Below, in pieces: positions 12,325 to 24,454 of a stretch of 64,000 nucleotides of DNA; position 1 is the first letter of the stretch, and every line of letters begins with the position of its first letter. The position numbers and the translations under genes were made by a program. The notes beneath the pieces were generated by a model. The model did not search any database and was not told the DNA's origin. It saw only the letters and a program-made list of their open reading frames with translations. Source of the DNA: Eledone cirrhosa (lineage: Eukaryota); contig OZ024753.1 in NCBI GenBank assembly GCA_964016885.1, positions 35,774,001-35,838,000 on the forward strand, written 5' to 3'.

Positions 12325-13020
12325 GGTGGTATTGATGGTGGTGGTGGTGTGTGGAGGGACCCTGAGCAGATCTAGGTTGTGGTGGTGGTGCAGTGTTGTT
12401 GATGATGATGGTAGCATAGTTTTGTTGGTTGCGTGGTGTTGGTGGCATGGTGTTGTTGATGGTGTTGGTGGTGTCGTGGTGTTGGTGGCGGTGTAGTGTT
12501 GTTGATGGTGTTGGTGGTGTGATGCTGATGGTGTTGGTGGTGTGATGCTGGTGGCGTGGTGTTGGTGGCATGGAGGTGTTGGTGGCATGGAGGTGTTGGT
12601 GGCGGTGTAGTGTTGTTGATGGTGTTGGTGGCATGGAGGTGTTGGTGGTGTCGTGGTGTTGGTGGTGTCGTGGTGTTGGTGGCGGTGTAGTGTTGTTGAT
12701 GGTGTTGGTGGTGTGATGCTGGTGTCGTGGTGTTGGTGGCGGTGTAGTGTTGTTGATGGTGGTGGTGGCATGGTGTTGGTGGTGTCGTGGTGTTGGTGGC
12801 AGTGTAGTGTTGTTGATGATGGTGGTGGCATGGTGTTGGTGGCACGGCGGTGTTGGTGGTGTTGTGGTTTTGGTGGTGTAGTGTTGTTGATGGTGTTGGT
12901 GTTGTTGGTACCATGGTTTTGGTGATGGTGACGGCGTGATGTTGGTGGTGGTGTAGTGTTGTTGATGGTAGTGGGGTGTTGTTGATGGTGGTGGTGTTGT
13001 TGTTGTTGTTGTTGTTGGTG
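12325..13020. repeat. GGT/GTT-rich degenerate minisatellite
   Basis: Repeated GGTGTTGGTGGCGGTGTAGTGTTGTTGAT-type units. Confidence 0.9.
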
Positions 13021-14194
13021 TGTAGTTAAGGCAGATGAAATGAAGGATAAGTGTGATGTAAGAAAATAGTGTTGAGGTGATCATTTTTTTTTTTTTTTTT
13101 TTTTTCAGTAAAGGAGAAAATTCAACCATTGTTATGTTGGAGGAGAGAAGTGAAATATTAAGACAAGCTGTTGTTTGAATGTGTGTGTGTATATATATAT
13201 ACATACATGTATCGTATGTATGTCTGAGTGTGTGTATATATATATATATATACACATACATGTATATATGTAAAAACATGTACATGTGTGTGTGTGTAAA
13301 AATGCAAGCATACACTCATGTATATATATATACACACACACACATATATATAAATGCATATGCCATTATCATTTGCCTATCTCTAACACATATAGATACC
13401 ACATGACATATATATATAGGCATATACATATGCAATGATATTCTCACCACACTAATATATATATATATATATATACAAACACACACACACATGTAAATAC
13501 TTACAAATCATGCACATAAATTTGAGCATATTTATATACAAATATATTCTTTCTCATACACACATATGCACGAACACACAGGCTTTATGTATCTCACACA
13601 TGCCTTGACATACACACACTCACACACACACACACACATGAGCAAAGTGATAACAAAGACTCCCTTTCTGACATATACACATGCCTACACAATCACTTTC
13701 TTTGGTAAATCGTTTCCACACTACAAACAAATGTATATTTTTTTTGTTTTATAAATCAAGTTATCTTTTGTATTTTGCCATAGTAACATCCTCAGGCAGC
13801 AAGTAAAACTAAGTTTTCTTTGTCACATTCAACACAAGCTTAACCCTTTCTTTTCCATATTTGTAATAAAACACTATATTTCAATATTCCCATTACTCTA
13901 TATATATATACTATCATATTTTCACGATAAAGGCTTTACATCACATAATTATCTCACATAATTTTGAATCTATGAGATTTTGATGATATTTATTTTGAGA
14001 ACAATACCTTAACATCAGTACGAGTGGCCCTTACAGCCGATTTGAACAGAAAAAGGTGATATGGCCGGTTTACATGCTAAAGCGTTAATATAAGTTCAAT
14101 AATGTATAGTTCAAGATTGTTATAAAAAATTCTTAGCATATTCGTAATTAAATAAGAATTTGAAGCCTTTTACTAAAATTATATTATTTCATTA

Positions 14195-14835
14195 TTAACC
14201 CTTTAGTATTTCCATTATTCTATATATATATAGGGGCGGTGGATTGGCAATATCGGTAGAGGGTCGGACGCCATGCTTTCCAGCATAGTTACGTCCCTTT
14301 ACGATCTGAGTTCAAATCCCGCCGAGGTTGACTTTGCCTTTCATCCTTACGGGGTCGATAAAATAAAGTACCAGTAATGCACTGGGTGATTGCTGGCCTT
14401 GTGCCTAAAGTAGAAACAATTATTCTATATATATATACTATCGTATTTTCGCGGTATAGGCTTTACCTCACATAATTATCTCACATAATATCGAATCTAG
14501 GGCGGTGGATTGGCAGTATCGGTAGAAGGTCGGACGCCATGCTTTGCAGCAAAGAGTTACGGCCCTTTACGGTCTGAGTTCAAATCCCGCCGAGGTTAAC
14601 TTTGCCTTTCATCCTTACGGTGTCGATAAAATAAAGTACCAGTAATACACTGGGATAATTGCTGGCCTTGTGCCAAAAGTAGAAACAATTATTTCGAAAC
14701 TATGAGACTTTGATATTATTTATTTTGAGAACAATACCTTAACATCAGTATGAGTGGCCAGTTACAGCCGGTTTGAACAGAAAAAAGTGAGAGAATTCTG
14801 GCCGGATATGACCGGTTTACATGCTAATGGGTTAA
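14195..14835. mobile_element. piggyBac-type MITE interrupted by two SINE A copies (14233-14422, 14500-14692)
   Basis: TTAACCCTTTAG left end, GGGTTAA right end; MITE interior resumes after each SINE; target duplication ATTATTCTATATATATA around the first SINE. Confidence 0.85.
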
Positions 14836-15618
14836 TATAAGCTCGATCATGTATAGTTCAAGATAAATATATAAAAAATTCATAGCTCTAAGCTAACAAG
14901 CCTGTATAAGCTAAACATTCTATAATTTCATCTTTCATTCTGTTGCATGCCAAATATTCCATAACAATTTTTATTTCCTGATATTTTACGAGCATTTTTC
15001 ACCTTGACAATCAGCACCCTTTGTACCAATTGCTATAAAATACTTGGCTTGTGTTAGAAGAAAGAAATCAAGTATCTCAGGTTTATACTAGTACAACACT
15101 AGAACATGTTATGACTTTTCTTAAGAATATCTTTATATTTTATAGAAGATGTTTATTATAATTTCTTTTTAGTAAGTACATTTAGAATTTCTGAAGAAAA
15201 TTTTTCTAAGGAATATATGATGTCTTCCTCTTGTACAGAGATGGCTGGAACTTAGTACCTCTAACATCAACTAAACATTAAAAATTAATTACAGAACATT
15301 AATTTCAATAATGAAAGGAAGCTGCTTCTCAGAAGGCATTGCAAACTAGATAATATTCTCAATCTAATTTGGACCAAGAATGAAAATAATACTAATGTCA
15401 CAAAAGATTGAAAAACTGGACAAAAAGAGAACGAAGCAAAATTCGAGGAAACTTGTTTTCTAAGAAACTGTAAATTAAGTGGCTGCGTTGACACAGTAGG
15501 TGTTTTTAAAAAAAAAATAAGCTGTTTATTTGAAAGCGTTTGTGTTTATCTAGAAATCTCCCACTGTAATTTTATGTAATTTTAACCTATGTTAAGCTCT
15601 TCTCTAAATATTAGATAA

Positions 15619-15811
15619 ATAATTGTTTCTACTATTGGCACAAGGCCAGCAATTATCCCAGTGCATTACTGGTGCTTTATTTTATCGACCCCGTAAGGAT
15701 GAAAGGCAAAGTTAACCCCGGTGGGATTTGAACTCAGACCGTAAAGGGACGTAGCTCTATACTGCAAAGCATGGTACCTGACCCTCTACCGATACTACCA
15801 ATCCACCACCC
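15619..15811 (-). mobile_element. SINE family A
   Basis: Full-length reverse-complement match to family A. Confidence 0.88.
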
Positions 15812-15899
15812 TTATCATACAAATAATGAAAGTTACTAAATCTTTGAATTCTAGATTATTTTAAAAATTATTTGGAAAAAACATAGACTATGTTTTCAT

Positions 15900-16190
15900 A
15901 ACAGATTATGAAAGATACTCTCATGGAATGACCAAACGAGGTTTATTTTTCAACATAGTCCCTGGACAGAAACAATGCACTTACTAATAAGAACTGAAAT
16001 TAATGCATGCAAGATTTCACAGCTCTAGCATCATTCCATCATAGTCAACATATGAACATTTCAGCCTACCCTTGTAGTCCCTAGAGAGAACCAATGCAGT
16101 TATTTATAAAAAGAATTGAAATTAATGCATTCACAGCTTTAGCATCACTCAGTCATAGCCAGCCTATAAACTTTTCAGCCTACCCTCCTA
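15900..16190. mobile_element. Mariner-type MITE fragments
   Basis: Right-end motif AACTTTTCAGCCTACCC and interior shared with 18054-18399 and 39568-40415. Confidence 0.65.
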
Positions 16191-17044
16191 TACCTAAACT
16201 AGTCTTGACTAAAGAAGAGAATTGGAAATAAATGTTCAACAGAAATAAAATATTACATTAATCAGCAGAGTTTTCTAAGAACACAGTAAAACGATTCTAT
16301 TAATTTAGGTTGAAAGTCGGCAGAAGATGAGAATTTTCACAGTCTATTTCAAATCTGCAGGCAAGAGAATGAAAATATTCTATCGAATCAATAACTGAGA
16401 TCTGATGCTACTGTTAAACACATCTACAGATGCCTAAATGTGATACATTTATTTGTCTTTGTTCATTCTTAAAGAAATTCCAGAATAATTTTTTTCTAAG
16501 GAAAATGTAGGAAAGATGTAGATACTTATTTCCTCTAAGGAAAAAAGAAAAAAAGTTTCTAATCTTTTAAACATCATAACATTATTTTCTACAAACACTA
16601 GAAAAAAAAAAAAAGGGGTGTATGTGTGGGTGTGTGGGGGGAATGACTGTAGAAATATTAACCCTTTCATTAGCATATTCGTAATTAACTAAGAATTTGA
16701 AGCCTTTAGTTAATCGAATCTATGAGATTGTGATATTATTTATTTTGAGAACAATACCTTAACATCAGTATGACTTGTCAGTTATGGCTGGTTTGAACAG
16801 AAGGAGGTGAGAGGATTCTGGCCGGATACAGCTGGTTTAAATGCTAAAGAGTTAAGATGGTATTTGTATCAAAACAATAGATTCTTATATAAAATCATGT
16901 TCAAAAGTTTTACTTAAAAATAAGAACCTTGAAAACAAAGACAACTTCAGAGTAGGTTGCTATCACATAAGATAGTAATCATAACTTAACAAAAGTTTCT
17001 TACATAACATTGTATTGGAAGGTTTTACTTAAAAATAGGAACAT

Positions 17045-17259
17045 TTAACTCTTTAACATTTACATTACTCTATATTTACTATTGTATTTTCAAGGTAACC
17101 CATTATCTCACATAATAGCGAATCTACATGTTTTTGATATTATTTATTTTGAGAACAATACCTTAACATAGGTATGAGCAGCCAGTTACGGTTGGTTTGA
17201 ACAGAAAGAGGTGAGAGAATTATGGCCGGATATGGCTAGTTTAAATGCTAAAGGGTTAA
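17045..17259. mobile_element. piggyBac-type MITE
   Basis: TTAA ends, TAAATGCTAAAGGGTTAA right end. Confidence 0.82.
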
Positions 17260-18053
17260 ACCATCATTATTTTGTTTTGGAGTGAATTACTCCCTTGCTT
17301 TGACAAGGTTTCCTGCTTTAAATTTTGGTGAGAAGGAATGAGGTCCACCACGAGGGACTTATGTGATCCTTCTTGAGGCAGTTTGGATTTTAAACTTTTG
17401 GTTAAATTTTATTCAACAAAATTTCAACTGGCCAAGGGTACATACTGTCACCACTCCTGTTCATAATCTTCAAGGACAGGATTGACATAGGCAGTCAGGT
17501 TGGAAGTGGTATCAAGACTGGTGTGTGTAGGATCAGTCGGCTGGAATTTGCTGACAACATGGTACTACTTCTTGTAGGCTTGTCGCCGAGTGTTGCACGG
17601 CAGGAATGAAAATCCGTGTTGCAAAGACTGAGACATTTGTCTTCTCAAGAAAACCTCTGCAGTGCACTCTGAAGCAGCTGGAGAAGGCTAAAGGGAAATG
17701 TGCAAGGAAGAGTTCTGGAAGCCGAGTGGTGTGCTAATGTGGAGGGGAATGTTGCTGTAACTGAAAGGAAAGATGTATGTTGTTTGTGTAGTTTGTAGCA
17801 TGATTTATGAGAGGAAGACATGGGTGATGAATGTAGAGAATGGAGAGAAAGTTGGAGAGAACGGAAATGAGAATGGTTCAGCAGAAGACAAACAATGAAT
17901 TGCAAAGGATGATGGGAATGGAGCCAGCGATGGATGTTGTGAAAAGAAATGGCGATAGGTGGCTAGGTGATGTATTGAGGAAGGATGACTGTGTTGGTGA
18001 GAGAAATAATAGGAATGAATGTAGAAGGAGATAGCGAAAGAAAACGACATAAC

Positions 18054-18399
18054 TATGAGGGTAAGCTGAAAAGTTCATAGGTTTACAGAGAAAGAGTGAT
18101 GCTAGAGCTGTGAAATCTTCCGTGCATTAATTTTAACTCTTCTTATTAATAACTGCAGTGTTTCTTTCCAGGGATTATGTTGAAAAATAAACTTCATTTG
18201 GTCATTCCAGGAGAGTATGCTGGTCAGACTATGAAGAAGTGATGCTAGAGCTGTGAAATCTTGCGTGCATTAATTTCAACTTTTCTTATTAATAACTACA
18301 TTTTTTCTTTCCAGGAATTATGTTGAAAAATAAACCTTATTTTGGCCATTCCAAGAGAGTATCTTGGTCAGCCTATGAACTTTATAGCTGGCCTTCGTA
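18054..18399. mobile_element. Tc1/mariner-type MITE
   Basis: TA-TGAGGGTAAGCTGAAAAGTTCATAGG...CCTATGAACTTTATAGCTGGCCTTCG-TA inverted ends with TA duplication. Confidence 0.8.
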
Positions 18400-18445
18400 A
18401 AGGTAATGAAGGATGAATTGAGGGAGCTGAAGAATTGATGTAGAG

Positions 18446-18603
18446 CAGTGGTTCCCAACCATTCCAACCTCACGGACCACTAAATTCATAATTTTTTAAT
18501 CCTGTGGACCATTAATATGGATTTTTTTTAAAAAGAAAAATACATTAAAATATTTCTGTGGACCACCAAAATTTTCTCACGGACCACCATTTGGTGACCG
18601 CTG
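18446..18603. mobile_element. hAT (Charlie-like) MITE
   Basis: Ends CAGTGGTTCCCAA / TTGGTGACCGCTG; 8-bp target duplication ATGTAGAG / ATGTAAAG. Confidence 0.85.
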
Positions 18604-19239
18604 ATGTAAAGGATAGGGCAAAAATAGAGAAAACTGTCGAGGGGCCTGCAAAGCTAGCTTCTGTTTTTGCAGAGAAAATGGTCTTAAAACACTTGTGTAT
18701 TTTTCAGTAAATATCTTAAAATAGAAATTCTAGAAGTTGCCAATCCAGTTCAGGTGTGAAAAAAGAAAAGAAAAGAAGGAGTTCACATAATTATACTCCA
18801 CTTAATAACAAAGATAAATATATTGTATTTCACAAGGAAACAAATGTTATTAGGAATACCACTTGACCTATTTCTCTTATACTTAATTGTGTTATATAAT
18901 ATAGGTACAAATATATAATATAGGTGTAGGTATATAATACAATATATATATGTATTGTTACACAATACATATAGAAAATAGATGTAGGTCTAATATATAT
19001 GTTATATGATACCTAGAAAACATAGATACAGGTTTATAATACACATATAATATATTGTTATATATATATATATTATAACATAGATGCAGGTATACAAAAC
19101 ATATCTACATTATATGTTATAATACCTATATAACGTGGGCATAGTATATAACATAATCATCATCATTTTATGTCCGCTTTTCCCTCCTTGCAAGGGTAAT
19201 ATATATACATATATAATACCTATCTAACATAGGTATAGC

Positions 19240-19300
<61 letters not shown>

Positions 19301-19398
19301 CGCACAGAGTAAAAAGCAAGTAAGCTAATCAGGAGAAGAGAAAAGTGATTAGTTATACAGATTACAAGCAGGTAGAGAGAAGGTTAGTGTGCTCAATG

Positions 19399-19429
<31 letters not shown>

Positions 19430-19674
19430 AAATGTATAGGAAAAACAAATGACTAGACATGGAGTATAGGTTAGATGAGAAGAATTTAATTAAAGTCCAT
19501 TTTTTAACACGTTTCAGTTCAGTATCATATATATATATATATATATATGTAGGAGGTGAGTTTTATTGTAGTACAATAAAGCAATGCAGATATCGGATAA
19601 GAAGCACTCTACAGTTTGTAGGACTGGAGTATACATAATATATAAGAACAAAAGATGGTTAAAAGAGTTCCATG

Positions 19675-19745
19675 TATTTTATTATGCGCATTTCAAAAAC
19701 AAATATCATCATGCAATAATATTTGTGTTTTCATCAGATAAAATA
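19675..19745 (-). ncRNA. Type I hammerhead ribozyme (family H1), intact core
   Basis: UAUUUUAU-CUGAUGA-long stem II-GAAA-UGCGCA (palindromic stem III)-UA-AUAAAAUA; 8-bp stem I. Confidence 0.75.
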
Positions 19746-19843
19746 GGAAGACATGATATGAAGGTTAAAAAACACTTGTGGATAGTGCAGTTTTAAAACT
19801 GCACTATCCACAAGTGTTTTTTAACCTTCATATCATGTCTTCC

Positions 19844-19914
19844 TATTTTATCTGCTGAAAACACAAATATTATTGCATGATGATATTTGTTTTTGAAATG
19901 CGCATAATAAAATA
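19844..19914 (+). ncRNA. Type I hammerhead ribozyme (family H1), core mutant CUGCUGA
   Basis: Mirror copy of 19675-19745 with A6-to-C change at 19855. Confidence 0.6.
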
Positions 19915-19969
19915 CATGGAACTCTTTTAACCATCTTTTGTTCTTATATATACATATATATATGTAGAT

Positions 19970-20208
19970 GGAGGCACATGGCTTAGTGGTTAGAGCATTG
20001 GCCTTGCAATTGAAAGGTTGTGAGTTCAATTCTCAGACTGGGTGATGTGTTGTTTCCTTGAGCAAGACACTTTATTTCACATTGCTCCAAAGTGGTCGTG
20101 GAGGCGACACGGAAAAAAGCACCCAGCACTCACTGTAAATAAGCTTGGTGTTAGGAAGGGCATCCAGCTGTAGAAATCAAGTTGTAGAATCAGTTCCCGT
20201 CCCACCCT
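19970..20208 (+). mobile_element. SINE family B, internally deleted; partial - strand head at ~20478-20580
   Basis: Same head and body as 62467-62814. Confidence 0.85.
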
Positions 20209-20744
20209 TTGTATCTGTATTATATAGATATTATATAACACACATACACTTGAGTAAATGCATGCAATCTTGTAGTTAAAGTGTTAGGCTAATGAGTTTA
20301 GTTCCTGGATTGGCAGGGATGTTATGTCCTTAAGCAAGACACTCTATTTCACATTACTCAGTCCACCCAGCTGAAAAAAAAAATTAGTTGCAGTGACAAA
20401 GATGAGAAGGACTCTTCAGCTATGTCAGCCATGACAACCTCCCCAGTGGTGATTTCACAATAAAATACACATGGTAGAGCTCAAGGAAACAACACATCAC
20501 CCGGTTTGAGAATTGAACTCACAACCTTTCGATTGCAAGGCCAATGCTCTAACCACTCTAACCACTAAGCCATGTGCCTCCATGTGCTGCATAAAATGGA
20601 AAGAAATTTCCTAGCCTGTCAAATGTGAGACACATTTCTCCATCTCAGGTAACTTTTAAAAAACCCATAAAACTGTGAAACCATTAAAGTTATTGTAAAT
20701 AAATCTTCTTAAAGACTCCAATTGCATTTTCAACTTCTTTTTCC

Positions 20745-21242
20745 TATATATAAATATATATATATATATATGTTTGTATATACATATATATATACATATA
20801 TAGATATATATGTTTTTATATACATATATATATATGTTTGTATATACATACACACACACATATATATATATACATGTTTGTATATACATATATATATATA
20901 TATACATATATAGATATATATGTTTTTATATACATATATATATATGTTTGTATATACATACACACACACATATATATATATACGTTTGTATATATATACA
21001 TACATGTATATATATACATATATATATATATATATGTTTGTATATATATACATATATATATATACATGTTTGTATATATATATATACATGTATATATATA
21101 CATGTTTGTATATATATATACATACATGTTTGTATATATATACATGTATATATATATATACATGTTTGTATATATATATATACATGTATATATATATATA
21201 CATGTTTGTATATACATACATATATATATATATACATGTTTG

Positions 21243-21274
<32 letters not shown>

Positions 21275-21282
21275 CATGTTTG

Positions 21283-21316
<34 letters not shown>

Positions 21317-21322
21317 CATGTT

Positions 21323-21385
<63 letters not shown>

Positions 21386-21416
21386 GTTTGTATATACATT
21401 CATATATATATATATA
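20745..21416. repeat. (TA)n array with CATGTTTG punctuation
   Basis: Direct reading of the sequence. Confidence 0.95.
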
Positions 21417-21418
21417 CC

Positions 21419-22090
21419 AGACAACAACACGACGGTAACATAGACAACATAGAAATTAGAATAATATCTAAACATAGAAATGACCCAGCAGATAGGCAAA
21501 TCAGAGAGGCCAGTGAAATAGAACTTAGAAGGCCAAGGCTAAACAGAAAAAATGAATGGAATAACAACAACACCCAAACAAACAACACTGACCTAAGAGA
21601 AGTATAAATAAATACATACACAAGCACAATAACAACAAACACATATAAACACACACTAGTAAAATAGAATACATTAACCAATACACAGTCAACCAATCAC
21701 GAACACACATCAAACAAAACACGATACACACATGCAAACGCATGTGCAAAGAAGACAAAAAATAAACAAATAAATAAATATATAAACAGACTAAATAAAG
21801 TTGGTGTAGAAAATACAATGCAACGGGAGGAAACAATAGCACCACTGACGATGTTGCAGATGTGCAACGAAAGAACTTTGATAAACTATATATATGTGTT
21901 TGTGTCTATATTGTATCTGTATTTTTGACCGTTGGTCAGTCAATGGCAACATTGAGGACCGAATAAATTAAATTAACCGATATAAAAGACACAGAAGCGA
22001 AAAGCGAAAACCAACCAAACAGTGAGTGTGTTCTGTTATTAATTCTGGCAATATTACACAAATATGACCCTCCCCAAGTATAACAATATA
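21419..22090 (+). mobile_element. Penelope-like element remnant: GIY-YIG C-terminus (21419-21607), UTR with hammerhead, start of ORF (ATG 22064)
   Basis: [44 protein letters not shown] fits the PLE GIY-YIG C-terminal R.I.EA..I....P.LN pattern; downstream part is homologous to 26190-26452 and 57790-58044. Confidence 0.72.
21843..21880 (+). ncRNA. Minimal type I hammerhead ribozyme (family H2)
   Basis: CA-CUGACGA-U-GUUGCA gaug UGCAAC-GAAA-GAAC-UU-UG; stem I is weak. Confidence 0.65.
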
Positions 22091-22127
22091 TATATACATG
22101 TTTGTATATACATACATATATATATAT

Positions 22128-22682
22128 GACGACAGCTGCATACAAAAGTGCAGGGCGATCAAAATTGATGGTAGTTACGGAGTAGGTAGACCCAGAAAAA
22201 CCTGGGATGATCTGATAAATTACGACCTCACACACATCTCTCTAAGGCAATGTCTCTGGACCGAGATCTTTGGCGCTACGCAGTAATACAGAAGACCTGC
22301 CTTGCCTATGTACAAAGCGAAACCTACAGTCAGTAGGCACCTCTTAACCAAATATACACCCCAATCCACTACCCCTACCCTATCCCCCCACTCCCACCAA
22401 CAGCACGAGAAAATGAGATCGAGTTCGTGTAGGTGTCACAACAAAAAAAAAAACACACACAGTCCACGCTGTAATGTGGCCATGTAGGTAACACGGTAAA
22501 AAGTTCCCAGTTCCACACTGTAAATGTGGTTGGTGTTAGGAAGGGCATCCAGCCGTAGAAAACCTGCCAGATAGTCCTATATGAGTGAGACACAGTCACC
22601 CGACCAGCCTTGCCTCAACTCCCATCTAACCCATGCTAGCGTGGAAAATGGACGTTAAACGAGGATGATGAGATGATGATGA
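22128..22682 (+). mobile_element. RTE family 1b 3' fragment
   Basis: DDSCIQKCRAIKIDGSYGVGRPRKTWDDL plus the same 3' UTR as 6297-6616. Confidence 0.88.
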
Positions 22683-22927
22683 TATATATATATATTTGTA
22701 TATACATACATATATATATATGTGTTTGTATATACATACATATATATATATATATATATATGTGTTTGTATATACATATATATGTGTTTGTACATACATA
22801 TATATGTGTTTGTACATACATATATATGTGTTTGTACATATATATATATATGTGTTTGTACATATATATATATATGTACAAACACATATATGTATGTACA
22901 AACACATATATATGTATGTACAAACAC

Positions 22928-22962
<35 letters not shown>

Positions 22963-23693
22963 TATATATGTGTGTGTGTGTATGTATGTATATATACCCA
23001 TATAATATATACACTGTATATATTCGAATATAAGTCAAGCTCCTATTTTACATCTGAGTAATGGGCAAAACTCCAAACACACTGTTTAGATGGCATAGTT
23101 TTGAAATTCTCATCAGTGGAGAAAATATTTACAAAGTTTTAATAATTTGATATTTAAAATGTTTCAAGTATTGTTGGGAGTATAGTTTTTGGATAAAATG
23201 GTAAAAAATTGTTACGTAATACAATTTTTTACCATTTCATCCGTTTTATAAAGTTTCAACAAGTTTCTTGAATTTTTGTTTACTTCCAGTTACTTATGTC
23301 ACAAAGAAAAAAACAGTTGGCATGCATATGATTGCATGTATGTGTATGTGCTTATGTGCATGTATGTGTGGGGGAATTTATGTATTAAAAGTTCAAATAA
23401 TAAACATTTTTTGGGAATGTTCTCACGGGAATTACAAATAACATTAATGACAATGTAGTAAATGTAGAACATTTGGAGACTTATATCCTTGGAGAAGACA
23501 GTGATAGGGAGTGAGGTAGGATGAAAGGCAGGGGTAGACTGCTTGTTACTAGCCAATGGAGGGAGGAAACTTCACACAAATCATCATCATCATCATTGTT
23601 GATTTTATGTCAACTTTTCCATGCTGGCATGAATTAGACAAGACCTTTGAAGGCAATGTTTTCCTTCTGGGTGACTTTCTCCACACAAACCCT

Positions 23694-23923
23694 TTAACCA
23701 TTTAGCATTCAAACCGGCTGTAACCGGCCAGAATTCTGTCACCTCTTTCTATTCAAATCAGCCCTAACTAACCACTCATACTGATGTTAAGGTATTGTTC
23801 TCAAAATAAATAATATCAAAATCTCATAGATTCAATATTATGCGAGATAATTATGTAAGATAAAGCCTTTACTGTGAAAATACAATAGTATATATAGAGT
23901 AATGTAAATGTTAAAAAGGTTAA
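23694..23923. mobile_element. piggyBac-type MITE
   Basis: TTAACCATTTAGCATT...GGTTAA ends, shared interior. Confidence 0.8.
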
Positions 23924-24454
23924 GGTTTTAAGGAAACGGAGTGATAGCTGCTGGCAGTATTGTCCATATGACAAATAGCAGTTACTATGGTGTAAGTAAC
24001 AAAAAAAAAAAAAAAATGTGTTGACTGATTTTCATATAAAGAAATACACAGAATTATAAAGCTAAAGCAAACATGTTTGGAACAGATGAAAATATATCGA
24101 TATGGACCAGTTGTGTTAGTTGACATAATGTAAGAAGTGTCTCACCTCAGTGCCACAGACACAGCATAGTAACTGGTTTAGGTCAGCTAGCACTAGACAT
24201 AATGGATAAATAGTTTTATGAACAGAGATATAACAAAAGACAGCATTGATAATTTCATTATAATATATAGAGAAGGTACAGGAGCAAGAGGGTTAGATTT
24301 TTAAAACTAAGTTAAAACACCCCTCTCACACCACCTCTCTACATATAACATTTCTTTATATATTGGTTTCTGATTTAGCAGAAGGCCAACAATTTAGGGG
24401 GAGGGGAAAGTTGATTAAATGTTACACACCATAATACACTATATATATATATAT

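Larger units (their letters stand above)
17420..18690 (+). mobile_element. Old decayed RTE LINE interrupted by a mariner MITE and a hAT MITE
   Basis: Residual translations MERKLERTEMRMV, RWLGDVLRKDD; LINE sequence resumes after each insertion. Confidence 0.6.
19638..19951. repeat. Spacerless palindrome, 157-bp arms, one mismatch, hammerhead motif in each arm
   Basis: Centre TTTT|AAAA at 19794/19795; arms compared base by base; only mismatch is 19734/19855. Confidence 0.95.
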
